From: Gammaproteobacteria bacterium
GTDB taxonomy: Bacteria > Pseudomonadota > Gammaproteobacteria > Eutrophobiales > Eutrophobiaceae
DNA length: 64,000 nt
Assembly: GCA_965116495.1 (NCBI GenBank)
Contig: OZ220696.1
Span: 3,040,001 to 3,104,000, forward strand
Direction: 5' to 3'
Position 1 is the stretch's first letter. The number at the start of each line of letters is the position of its first letter. Under the pieces are notes generated by a model. That model was given only the letters and a program-made list of their open reading frames with translations, did no database searches and was not told the DNA's origin. Shown here in pieces: positions 50,145 through 59,525 of the stretch. A program made the translations under genes and the position numbers.

Positions 50145-51233
50145 ATGAAAACTGCATTAAACCAATTAATCGCGGCCCTGTTGCTCACGGCTAATTTCGC
50201 CGGCATCCAGGTACGCGCAGACAGCGCCGGTCCTTCGCTGAACAACGCCGCAGCTCATGCGCCCATCGGTGTCATGGGCGATCATGCCCACGACAAGGGT
50301 GAATGGATGTTGAGCTACCGCTTCATGCATATGGATATGCAGGGAAACCGCACAGGTACGGACGCCATTGATGCGGACTCCATTGTAACCGGGATGCCGA
50401 ACCGCTTCTTCGGCAGGCCCATGCAACCCCCCACCTTGCGAATTGTCCCGATAAAAATGAATATGCAGATGCACATGTTCGGGGCGATGTACGCGCCCGC
50501 GCAATGGCTGACCCTGATGGTGATGGGGATGTATGTAGAAAAGGAAATGGAACACGTTACCTACATGGGTGGCAGAGGCACGACCCGGCGCGGCAGTTTC
50601 AAGGTGAAAACAGACGGTATCGGCGATACCGGGTTGTCCGGACTGATCAAAATCCACGACGGTCATATCCATGACGTCCATATTAACGCAGGCATCAGCC
50701 TGCCGACCGGGTCCAACACCAGGACCCACGAAATCCTGACTCCCCCGGGTACGCGGCCGACAGTGCGCGTGCCGTATGCCATGCAGCTAGGCTCCGGGAC
50801 CTATGACCTGATGCCTGGCATTACCTGGAACGGCCGCGCGGAAAAATGGTACTGGGGCGGCCAGTACCTGGGCACATTCAGGCTCGGTGATGACGAGGGT
50901 TACTCCCTGGGTGACAAGCATACCCTGAGTGCCTGGCTGAACTACCAGTGGCAACCTTTTATCAGCACAGCCTTGCGGCTGCAATACGACGCTCTGGGTA
51001 GAATTGACGGTATGGATCCGGACATCGCAGGTCCGGTACAGACCGCTGACCCGGACAATTACGGCGGTGATGTGGTGAACCTGAACCTCGGTGTCAACCT
51101 GGTGGGCCAAACCGGTGGCCTGGCGGGCCAGCGCCTTGCCGTTGAAGCGAGCCTGCCGATACACCGCGATCTGAACGGCCCGCAGATGGAAACCGACTGG
51201 ACCATCACCGCAGGCTGGCAATATGCATTCTGA
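50145..51233 (+). CDS. His/Met-rich outer-membrane beta-barrel protein ('transporter' family)
   Basis: Signal peptide, HAPIGVMGDHAH, MNMQMHMFGAMYAP, MQLGSGT, C-terminal WQYAF. Start set at MKTALN. Confidence 0.75.
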   Translation: MKTALNQLIAALLLTANFAGIQVRADSAGPSLNNAAAHAPIGVMGDHAHDKGEWMLSYRFMHMDMQGNRTGTDAIDADSIVTGMPNRFFGRPMQPPTLRIVPIKMNMQMHMFGAMYAPAQWLTLMVMGMYVEKEMEHVTYMGGRGTTRRGSFKVKTDGIGDTGLSGLIKIHDGHIHDVHINAGISLPTGSNTRTHEILTPPGTRPTVRVPYAMQLGSGTYDLMPGITWNGRAEKWYWGGQYLGTFRLGDDEGYSLGDKHTLSAWLNYQWQPFISTALRLQYDALGRIDGMDPDIAGPVQTADPDNYGGDVVNLNLGVNLVGQTGGLAGQRLAVEASLPIHRDLNGPQMETDWTITAGWQYAF

Positions 51234-51308
51234 CCGGATGACAGAATCGGCCTGATCACATCTCCCGGACGGCAGGTTGTCCAATACCGCCGCAGGCATG
51301 TAAAATCC

Positions 51309-51378
51309 GGGGTCAGAGTAAAAATTCTGGTACCAACCGGCGGCGCTGGTTCGCCGCCTGAATTTTTACTCTGACCCC
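51309..51378. repeat. REP-like element family 1 with perfect 19-bp arms
   Basis: GGGGTCAGAGTAAAAATTC ... GAATTTTTACTCTGACCCC. Confidence 0.9.
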
Positions 51379-51426
51379 AAATATCTGCTAAGCTGGTTCG
51401 GTGACTTCAAACCATGAAGGCCTGTT

Positions 51427-52188
51427 GTGAAACGACCCGACCAGATAACTGCGTGCCTGATCATCATCGGCAATGAAATTCTGTCCGGACGCACCCAGGA
51501 TGCAAACCTGGCGATTGTCGGCAAGAAATGCGATGCCCTTGGGATCCGTCTTACCGAGGCCAGGGTCATACCCGACGATGAGGCAAATATCATCACAACG
51601 GTCAACGCCTGCCGGGCCGGTTTTACTTATGTTTTTACCACCGGCGGCATCGGTCCCACCCATGACGACATCACCGCGGCTGCCATCGCCCGTGCATTCG
51701 ATGTTGAACTGGAACGCAACAGCGAAGCCGTAGCAGCAATGGACCGCTATTACGAGCCCGGCCGTTTAACCGAAGCCCGGCTGAAAATGGCGGACATACC
51801 GGCGGGCGCCCGGTTGATAGACAATCCTGTCAGCGGCGCGCCGGGGTTTCAGCTTGAAAATGTGCTGGTGCTGCCCGGTGTCCCCGCCATCATGGAGGCC
51901 ATGTTCGATGGGCTGACCGACTGGCTGGTGGGAGGCGATCCCATTCTCACGGACAACGTCACCACCAACCTCGTCGAAAGCGTGATAGCCGACGACCTGG
52001 GCACCCTGCAGGAGAGGTACCCCGACGTCAGCATGGGCAGCTACCCGTATTTCAGGAAGGGAAAACTCGGGGTGAACCTGGTGCTGCGCGCGACGGATGC
52101 GGTCCGTATGGAGGCTGCCGCAGACGAACTCAGGACAGCTATTGTCCGGCTCAACGGCAAGGTGCTGAACCAGCGCCCCCCGTTATGA
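51427..52188 (+). CDS. CinA-like / MoCF-biosynthesis domain protein (COG1058)
   Basis: IIGNEILSGRTQDAN, TTGGIGPTHDDIT, LPGVP. Confidence 0.9.
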   Translation: MKRPDQITACLIIIGNEILSGRTQDANLAIVGKKCDALGIRLTEARVIPDDEANIITTVNACRAGFTYVFTTGGIGPTHDDITAAAIARAFDVELERNSEAVAAMDRYYEPGRLTEARLKMADIPAGARLIDNPVSGAPGFQLENVLVLPGVPAIMEAMFDGLTDWLVGGDPILTDNVTTNLVESVIADDLGTLQERYPDVSMGSYPYFRKGKLGVNLVLRATDAVRMEAAADELRTAIVRLNGKVLNQRPPL

Positions 52189-52189
52189 C

Positions 52190-52903
52190 GTGATGAAAAT
52201 CGACGACGGCATCACTGCAAAACGTTCCGCCTGGTCGTTCGGCGCGGAGGTGGCGGAAGCATTCCCGGATCACGCTGAGCGCTCCATCCCCTATTACCGG
52301 GACGGGCATGAACTCATCTGCTGCCTGAGCGATTTTTTCGTGGCGCCGGACAGTACCGTGTATGACCTGGGCTGCTCAACCGGTGATCTGCTGAAGATGC
52401 TGGCTGCTCACAACCGGCATAAACCCGATGTGCGCTGGCTGGGGCTGGACAAGGAACAGGCCATGATCGATCGCGCCCGCAAGACCTGCACCGGCCTGGA
52501 TAACGTGGAACTCCATTGTGAGGATATTCTGACCTGTGCGTTCGATAAACCCGACATGATCATTGCTTATTACACGATCCAGTTTATCCAGGAAAGGCAC
52601 CGGCAGGCGCTGTTCGACAGGATATACCAGTCCCTGAACTGGGGCGGGGCATTCATCCTGTTTGAAAAAGTGGGCGCCCCTGATTCCCGTTTCCAGGACA
52701 TGATGTCCTGCCTGTACCAGGAGTTCAAACAAGGTAAAGGCTTCAGTTCCGAAGAGATATTGAACAAGGAAACAAGCCTGAAAGGCGTGCTCAAACCGTT
52801 CTCCACGGCCGGCAACCTGGGCCTGCTTGAGCGGGCCGGTTTTGTTGATGTCATGACCATCATGAAATATGTCAGCTTCGAGGGCTTCCTGGCTATCAAG
52901 TAA
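52190..52903 (+). CDS. CmoA-like class I SAM-dependent transferase
   Basis: WSF...VAEAFPDHAERSIPYY, YDLGCSTG, YTIQF, FEK. Confidence 0.78.
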   Translation: MMKIDDGITAKRSAWSFGAEVAEAFPDHAERSIPYYRDGHELICCLSDFFVAPDSTVYDLGCSTGDLLKMLAAHNRHKPDVRWLGLDKEQAMIDRARKTCTGLDNVELHCEDILTCAFDKPDMIIAYYTIQFIQERHRQALFDRIYQSLNWGGAFILFEKVGAPDSRFQDMMSCLYQEFKQGKGFSSEEILNKETSLKGVLKPFSTAGNLGLLERAGFVDVMTIMKYVSFEGFLAIK

Positions 52904-53082
52904 CCAGCTTCAATCTGAAACATTTGCCGGAGAATGGTGGAAGGAGTAAGCCACAGAGCCTGGAAGGAAAGATTAACCAGGCCGGTAACGTCGCGATCAT
53001 GACTTTCCGTATTAATAACACTGGCAAAGCAGGTAAATTTGGACTAGCATTGCAGGGCTGAACCCGACATATTGACTGGAAC

Positions 53083-55257
53083 ATGGATACAGATACATCC
53101 CCCGCAATCGAGCGCGCAGACCGCACAGACCAGGAAGACCGTGACGTCGAGACCAAGGTCGTCCACACCAATTGCCGCGCCTGCGGCCATGCCGGCTGCG
53201 GCGTCTTTGTCACGCTGGAAGACGGCAAGGCCGTCAAGATCAAGGGTGATATGGATCACCCCATCAGCAAGGGCTACCTGTGCCGGAAGGCAAGAGGCTT
53301 CATCGCTGATTTGCAATACCACAAGGACCGCTTGTTGTACCCCCAAAAGCGGGTCGGAGAACGCGGCGAGGGCAAGTGGGAAAGAATTACCTGGGACGAA
53401 GCCCTGGGCACCATTGCCGAAAAATTCAATACGATCAAGGCGGAGAACGGACCGGAGTCGGTTATCTTCGGGCATGGCACCGGGCGCAGCCATCACCGCT
53501 TTGTCTACCGGGTCGCGAACATGTTCGGTTCCCCCAATGTGCTGGCGAACGGCCACGTCTGTTACCTGCCGAGGCTGGCCGTGTCCAAGCAACTGGGCAT
53601 GTCGGTCCCCATTGTGGATTATGACAATAACCCCCAGTGCATCATGTCCTGGGGCAGCAATACCATAAAGTCCAATCCCGACGAATATATCGGCGTCAAC
53701 CTGGGCCTGAATCTCAAACGCAAACCCAGCTACATCGTCGTCGACCCCCAGCGCACCCAGTTGGCGGAAAAGGCGGATATATGGCTGCAACTGCGGCCCG
53801 GCACGGACGTCGCGCTGGCCATGGCCATGATGCACGTGATGGTCAAGGAAGACCTGTACGACCGCCATTTCGTCGAGAACTATACAACGGGCTTTGACAA
53901 GTTCTGCGAGCGCCTGGAAGAGTTCGCGCCCGAAGTCGGCGAGGAGATTTCCTGGGTGCCGAAGGAAAAGATCATCGAGGCCGCCCGGCTGTTCGCACGG
54001 ACCAAACCCGCCGCCATCCAGTGGGGCGTCGGTATCGAACACGGCGTCAATTGTTCAAACTCGGATCGCGTGCTCATTTACATGTCGGCGCTGACCGGCA
54101 ACCTGGATGAACCCGGCGGCAATGTCATGTTCGGCCCCCCGCCCGGCCTGCCGCGCATGGAGTTCTGCGGCAACCAGTTCCTGGACAGTATCGACAAGAT
54201 GCTCGGCGGCACCCGCTACCGGCTGGCGGCGTCAATCAACCGCATTACGCCCCATGTCATCTGGGACGCCATTGAGACAGGCGAACCCTACCCGGTCAGG
54301 GCCATGCTCATCATGGGCAGCAACCCGCTGGTGGTCAGGGCGAATACGTCACGGGTGTATGAATCGCTGAAGAAGGTCGAATTCCTGGTGGTGGCGGATA
54401 TCTTTCCCACCCCGACAACGGAACTTGCGGACATCGTCCTTCCCGCGAAGACCTGGATGGAGTTCGATAATATCGCGGATTACTGGAAATCCCACGGCTA
54501 TATCTTCCCCAGGCCCAAGATCGTGGATGCCCCGGGCGAGGCAATGGCCGATGTCGAGATCCTCAACGAACTGGGCAAGAAACTGGGCTTCGAGGATTCC
54601 TTCTGGGAGAACTACGAAGAGTCCCTGGACTATATCCTCGAACCTGCCGGGGTCACCTGGGAAGAATTCAAGGAGATGGATTACCTGCGCAATGAGCCCA
54701 GATACAGGAAATACGAGACCGAGGGGTTCAAGTCCGAGTCCGGCAAGCTGGATTTCTACATACAACAGAACAAGGACTGGGGCTACGACCCGTTACCGTT
54801 TCACCAGGAACCGCCGGAGAGCCCGGCCAGGGAACCGGAATTTCTGGAAAAATATCCCCTGGTACTGACCACCGGGACCCGCGTCCAGGAATATTTCGGG
54901 TCCGAACACCGGCAAAGCCCGCTGCTCCGCAAGACACACCCCGATCCCCTGTTGACTATCCACCCGGATACGGCTGCGGCAAGAAACATAGAGCATGGCG
55001 ACTGGGTTTACATTGAAAGCCCCCGGGGCAAGGTGAAACACAAGGCAAAGGTCAGCGACGGCGTCGACCCGCGCGTGGTGGCCGCCGAGTTCGCCTGGTG
55101 GTACCCGGAACGGCCCGCGCCGGACTACGGCTTCCGGGAATGCAACATCAATTTCCTCACCGACGACCTGAACGTCGGCCCCGAATCAGGTTCCACCAAC
55201 CTGAAAGGCCTGATGTGCGAGGTTAGTAAGATACAGAGTCAGACCAGTTCAGCCTGA
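53083..55257 (+). CDS. Cytoplasmic Mo/W-bis-PGD oxidoreductase, acetylene-hydratase-like
   Basis: CRAC-x4-C...CRK [4Fe-4S] motif, RLLYPQKR, GSPN...HVC (Cys ligand), LRPGTD, ADIVLP, C-terminal molybdopterin dinucleotide domain; no twin-arginine signal. Confidence 0.88.
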   Translation: MDTDTSPAIERADRTDQEDRDVETKVVHTNCRACGHAGCGVFVTLEDGKAVKIKGDMDHPISKGYLCRKARGFIADLQYHKDRLLYPQKRVGERGEGKWERITWDEALGTIAEKFNTIKAENGPESVIFGHGTGRSHHRFVYRVANMFGSPNVLANGHVCYLPRLAVSKQLGMSVPIVDYDNNPQCIMSWGSNTIKSNPDEYIGVNLGLNLKRKPSYIVVDPQRTQLAEKADIWLQLRPGTDVALAMAMMHVMVKEDLYDRHFVENYTTGFDKFCERLEEFAPEVGEEISWVPKEKIIEAARLFARTKPAAIQWGVGIEHGVNCSNSDRVLIYMSALTGNLDEPGGNVMFGPPPGLPRMEFCGNQFLDSIDKMLGGTRYRLAASINRITPHVIWDAIETGEPYPVRAMLIMGSNPLVVRANTSRVYESLKKVEFLVVADIFPTPTTELADIVLPAKTWMEFDNIADYWKSHGYIFPRPKIVDAPGEAMADVEILNELGKKLGFEDSFWENYEESLDYILEPAGVTWEEFKEMDYLRNEPRYRKYETEGFKSESGKLDFYIQQNKDWGYDPLPFHQEPPESPAREPEFLEKYPLVLTTGTRVQEYFGSEHRQSPLLRKTHPDPLLTIHPDTAAARNIEHGDWVYIESPRGKVKHKAKVSDGVDPRVVAAEFAWWYPERPAPDYGFRECNINFLTDDLNVGPESGSTNLKGLMCEVSKIQSQTSSA

Positions 55258-55296
55258 CTTAAGCTCAGGTCCGACCCTATCCTGAGTATCATAAAA

Positions 55297-56214
55297 TCAT
55301 CGCCTCAACACCATGTATATGCCGATGCCGATCAGCGTTGCGCATATGATATGGTAGAAGTACAGGCGTTCATCCAGGAACAAAATTGCCATGATGGCTG
55401 CAAAGATCGGGATCAGGTTGATGAACATACCGGCCCGGCTCGGCCCGATGAGCTGGTTTCCCCGGTTCCACATCAGCGTGCCCAGCAGGGTCGACACCAG
55501 TGACATGGCGATGATGGCGTAGATAGCGGTCGCGCTGAGCGGTACCGGTTTGTAGACAAGGGTTTCAATGACATAGAACGGGAGCAGGATCAGACAGCCC
55601 GTGAGGATGATCATGAACAGCGCTACGGATGGGCTCAGGGACTTCGGGATTTTCCTCAGGCTGATCGCGTAAAGCGAGTAACCCGTCGAACCCAGCAGTA
55701 TCAGGATATCTCCCTTGTTGAATTGCAGGTGGAGCAGCGCCGTCAGGTCCATCCTGGTAATCATGACTATCACGCCCATGAGTCCAAACGCAACGCCGCA
55801 CCACTGTGACAGGCGCAGCCGGTCGTACAGGAGCAGCATGGCAAGCAACACGGTGATCACGGGCTGTATGGAGTTGATGATGGAGGCATTGATCGCGGTG
55901 GTGAAGTTCAGGCCGATCATCAAGAGAGTCGCGCTCAGAATCATGGTACCGCCAAGCAGGGCAAGTGACCCGATGTGTTTGCGGATATGCAGCGCATTCG
56001 CTTTCAGCCCCGGATAGATGAACGGTAACAGGACGAGCGCCCCAAGCACCCAGCGCCAGAAAGACAGCCCCACCGGCGGCACTTCGGTGTGAATCCCGCG
56101 CCCCACCACGTGGGCAAAGGCAAAGGTAGCCGAAGCCAGGGTCAGCACCAGGCAGGCGTGTAACCCGGCGCGGGACCGGAATATGTTGATATTTTCTTTG
56201 GCAGGTAAGGGCAT
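55297..56214 (-). CDS. EamA/DMT family transporter
   Basis: About 10 TM helices, PPVGLSFWRW, FNKGD, IGPSRAGMFINLIP. Confidence 0.92.
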   Translation of the reverse strand: MPLPAKENINIFRSRAGLHACLVLTLASATFAFAHVVGRGIHTEVPPVGLSFWRWVLGALVLLPFIYPGLKANALHIRKHIGSLALLGGTMILSATLLMIGLNFTTAINASIINSIQPVITVLLAMLLLYDRLRLSQWCGVAFGLMGVIVMITRMDLTALLHLQFNKGDILILLGSTGYSLYAISLRKIPKSLSPSVALFMIILTGCLILLPFYVIETLVYKPVPLSATAIYAIIAMSLVSTLLGTLMWNRGNQLIGPSRAGMFINLIPIFAAIMAILFLDERLYFYHIICATLIGIGIYMVLRR

Positions 56215-56346
56215 AAGCGATCGAATCAAAACAACGCCCGCGACTTCATTACCCGGTACCTTGCTCTGTGTTAATACGCAACGGATTCAACCAGGCAATA
56301 TTTCTACCACTTCGAAACGCTGATCACCGGTGGTTCCGGCATTTTT

Positions 56347-56628
56347 TCAGCCAGCAGCCAGCGGCGCAATCCAGGTCGTACACTGGAAGAACATGGCTAT
56401 CGTTCGAATATGCCGGGCCAGTTGTGCATCCGTCAACGGCAATGCCGGCGGTTGAGGATTTGTGTTTACGATGGACAGTTCGCTTTCGGTGGGGCTGGGG
56501 CGGTCGAAGAAGTGGTGGTAGCCGTCGACCTTGCCCTGCTCGTCCAGGTTGGCCTCCGGGTCAAGAAATGTCCGGTCCGCGTCCTTCAGCACCTCCAGGG
56601 ACTCATTGAACGCTTGTTTGCTTTCCAT
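56347..56628 (-). pseudogene. Probable internally deleted remnant (DUF1214-like sulfotransferase partner)
   Basis: Short chimeric-looking ORF just downstream of a sulfotransferase fragment. The family call is inferred from context. Confidence 0.35.
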
Positions 56629-56686
56629 ATAACTTGTTAATCAGCATTTATTTTTCAAGAGGATGGCAACCGGATCAAGGCGCGCA

Positions 56687-57130
56687 TCAGGCCGCGGCAG
56701 CCGTCGTTCTCTCGCCCAGGAAGTCCAAGTATGTGCGGAAAGAGTCTGACACGTCCTGTTCGCTAAGTCCAAACTGTTCCGGCGAATACTCGTGCCTGCC
56801 ATGCTTGTCTTTCTGCTCCTGAAGCAGGAATTCCTGCATGTTCTGCTGTGCAACGTAACTCAAGTCCCAACCGAAACACCGATAGATTGACCTGACCACT
56901 CCCAACTGGTCTTGGATAAAGTCTTCAAACTGCACGTCTATGATCTGATCGTCCTTGCCAAGCAGACTCCTGTCCTCGACAAAGCGATTGAAATACGACG
57001 ACCAGATTTGCAGACTTTCTCTTGCTGTTCTTGCGCTGTCCTCGTGGTCGGTATAGAGAGAACGTACCGACGTGAGCAGACTTGCCACGGAGGGCACGAT
57101 ACTGGCCGGATGGCGGTGTGTCATGATTAC
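56687..57130 (-). pseudogene. C-terminal fragment of a sulfotransferase
   Basis: IMTHRHPASIVPSVASL, DVQFEDFIQDQ, KHGRHEYSPEQFGL. The 5' part is replaced by IS5 sequence. Confidence 0.75.
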
Positions 57131-57334
57131 CCTCTTCCATCCCAGGGTCACTTAACCCGTACCACTGTTGCAAAAAGTAAATCCGCAACATCACTTCTGC
57201 CGGTATGGGATGCCGGCCCTGTCCGGGCTTGGGATACTTCCTCAATAGCGGCTTCAGTAGCTTGTCCCAGGGCAGAATCGCATCCATCTCGGTAAGAAAC
57301 CGCTCTTTGCGGGTCTTCTTCTTAACTGAAAGCT
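57131..57334 (-). mobile_element. IS5-family transposase N-terminal remnant
   Basis: KKKTRKERFLTEMDAILPW...GRHP...VMLRIYFLQQWYGLSDPGMEE is the IS5 N-terminal signature. Confidence 0.9.
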
Positions 57335-57375
57335 ACATTGAAGCATTCCTAGGCATCTGAGCGCATACATCTACG

Positions 57376-57393
57376 CTGTCACATTTCTGTAAT
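57376..57393 (+). promoter_or_regulatory. Pho box (PhoB site)
   Basis: CTGTCAC ATTT CTGTAAT closely matches two CTGTCAT-like units at 11-bp spacing, ~85 bp upstream of the metallophosphoesterase. Confidence 0.85.
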
Positions 57394-57478
57394 CGCACAA
57401 TATTAAACTCGTAGGCAAGTTATCGACACAAGATGTGTCGTTGCGTGCAAAGAGAAACTTGGCACTTCCTCACAGATT

Positions 57479-58261
57479 ATGAATATCGTTCCGCGACCCC
57501 AGCATTTTCGTACTATCTGGATTTCGGACGTCCACCTCGGGACACGAGGATGTAAATCCGAATACTTGCTCAGTTTTCTGAAGTGGAACGAGTCGGATTT
57601 TCTCTACCTTGTGGGCGACATCATTGATGGCTGGCGGCTCAAAAATAACTGGTACTGGGAGCAATCCCACAACGACGTCATCCAGAAGATCCTGCGCAAG
57701 GCGCGAAAGGGCGTGCGGGTGGTCTACGTCCCCGGGAATCACGACGAGGCGGCCAGGGACTATACGGGACTGCACTTCGGCGGAGTCGCAGTGGAGCGCG
57801 AGGCCATCCACAAGACCGCCGACGGCCGGCGGCTGCTTGTCATTCACGGGGATGAGTTCGACTGTATCGTCCGGTATGCCCGCTGGTTGGCCCTGTTGGG
57901 AGACATCGGCTACCGCGCCGCGCTATCGATCAACAACCGCTTTAACTCGATACGGCGGAGACTTGGCTATCCCTACTGGTCGCTGTCCGCGTTCCTCAAG
58001 CACAAGGTCAAGAACGCAGTGGAACACATCAGCAATTTCGAGGGAGCCATCGCGGAGGAAGCCGGGCGGCGCAACGTGGACGGCGTCGTCTGCGGCCACA
58101 TCCACCACGCCGAGATCCGCGATATCGGCGGCGTGCTCTACTGCAACGACGGCGACTGGGTGGAGAGCTGCACGGCGCTGGTAGAGCATTTTGACGGACG
58201 TTTGGAGATCCTTCACTGGGCGACGGTCGAAACCGGGGACGCGCTGGCGTTGGCGAGTTAG
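57479..58261 (+). CDS. plcP: Metallophosphoesterase, PlcP-like phospholipase C (often annotated UDP-2,3-diacylglucosamine diphosphatase)
   Basis: ISDVHLG, GDIIDGW, PGNHD, HGD, CGHIH, NDGDWVESCTAL; Pho box upstream and GT4 gene downstream. Confidence 0.8.
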   Translation: MNIVPRPQHFRTIWISDVHLGTRGCKSEYLLSFLKWNESDFLYLVGDIIDGWRLKNNWYWEQSHNDVIQKILRKARKGVRVVYVPGNHDEAARDYTGLHFGGVAVEREAIHKTADGRRLLVIHGDEFDCIVRYARWLALLGDIGYRAALSINNRFNSIRRRLGYPYWSLSAFLKHKVKNAVEHISNFEGAIAEEAGRRNVDGVVCGHIHHAEIRDIGGVLYCNDGDWVESCTALVEHFDGRLEILHWATVETGDALALAS

Positions 58262-58265
58262 TTCC

Positions 58266-59318
58266 GTGCGTATCTTGATCGTCAGCGACGCCTGGTATCC
58301 TCAGGTGAACGGCGTGGTTCGCACCCTGAGTACGGTTACCAGCAATCTCCGCACCATGGGTAACACCGTCGAACTGGTGACGCCCGACCGCTACCGGACG
58401 GTGCCCCTCCCGACCTACAAGGAAATCCGTCTCGCGGTTTGGCCCTGGAATGACATGGGTCGCCGCATTGCAGCGTTCCAACCCTGCGCCATTCATATCG
58501 CCACCGAAGGCCCGCTCGGCATCGCCGCCCGGAAGGTCTGCCTGAAGCGGGGCTATCCGTTCACCACTTCATACCACACAAAGTTTCCAGAGTACCTGCA
58601 CGCTCGAACCCGGTTCCCCACAGATTGGAGCTACGCGTTCTTGAGGTGGTTTCATGGCGCGGCGCAGCGAACGATGGTGGCGACCGGCTCGCTTCGCTCA
58701 GAGCTCGTGGCGAAAGGCTTCAAGAATCTGGAAATTTGGAGCCGCGGCGTCGATGTGGAACTTTTCCACCCGCGGCCCAAGCAAGAAACGCCCGATCCCC
58801 GCCCTCACTATCTATATGTCGGGCGCGTCGCCGTGGAGAAGAACATCGAAGCTTTTCTCGGACTCCCGCTCGATGGAACAAAGCTGGTCGTCGGGGACGG
58901 CCCGCAACTCGATCAATTGCGCCAGAGGTTCCCCGAGGTTCGTTTCCTGGGTGAAATGCATGGTGCCGAGCTGGCAGCAGCCTACGCGAATGCCGACGTC
59001 TTCGTCTTTCCCAGCCTGACCGATACCTTCGGTCTCGTGCTTTTGGAAGCGCTGGCCTCGGGCGTGCCCGTTGCGGCGTATCCGGTTACGGGTCCCAACG
59101 ACGTGATCAATGGCCATCCCGTCGGCTGTCTCGATAAGGATCTGAGCCGCGCCATTCGAGGTGCCCTCGACATCGATCCCGCCCAATGCCGCAAGTTCGC
59201 CGAATCGCGCTCCTGGCAGGCGAGCACGGAGCAGTTCCTGAACGCCCTGCAGCGGTTCCAGCCGGCCGGCGGGTTCAATGCAGCTCAAGAAAAGATGTCC
59301 CAAGATGGTGGCGTCTGA
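58266..59318 (+). CDS. GT4 glycosyltransferase, Agt-like glycolipid synthase
   Basis: DAWYPQVNGVVRTL, IHIATEGPLG, YHTKFPEY, VGRVAVEKN, FPSLTDTFGLVLLEA. GTG start at 58266. Confidence 0.88.
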   Translation: MRILIVSDAWYPQVNGVVRTLSTVTSNLRTMGNTVELVTPDRYRTVPLPTYKEIRLAVWPWNDMGRRIAAFQPCAIHIATEGPLGIAARKVCLKRGYPFTTSYHTKFPEYLHARTRFPTDWSYAFLRWFHGAAQRTMVATGSLRSELVAKGFKNLEIWSRGVDVELFHPRPKQETPDPRPHYLYVGRVAVEKNIEAFLGLPLDGTKLVVGDGPQLDQLRQRFPEVRFLGEMHGAELAAAYANADVFVFPSLTDTFGLVLLEALASGVPVAAYPVTGPNDVINGHPVGCLDKDLSRAIRGALDIDPAQCRKFAESRSWQASTEQFLNALQRFQPAGGFNAAQEKMSQDGGV

Positions 59319-59525
59319 AACCATTACATGTGCCTGAGGCTCATCTTCAAAGTTGAGGCAAATTGAGCCCCGCTTCTAATTGAACGCGACCGACTTCTTC
59401 CGGGAACCACCTCTGTAAGACAACCGCCATCGAAACTTCAACGCACCGTCATGTTCCTCTTGACCCCCTCCCCGTAGCCTGGTCCACCGCCCGTAACGGG
59501 TTTTTAAAGCAGTCAGTAAGGAAGC

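Noticed and set aside
49665-50245. Apparent 580-bp head-to-head overlap between regB and the outer-membrane gene
   Set aside because: Artefact of maximal ORF extension. The plausible starts at 49987 and 50145 leave a normal intergenic gap.
53038-53055. Sigma-54 promoter-like TTGGACTAGCATTGCA
   Set aside because: GG to GC spacing is 9 nt, not the required 10.
53044-54042. 332-aa minus-strand ORF
   Set aside because: Antisense shadow of the molybdopterin enzyme.
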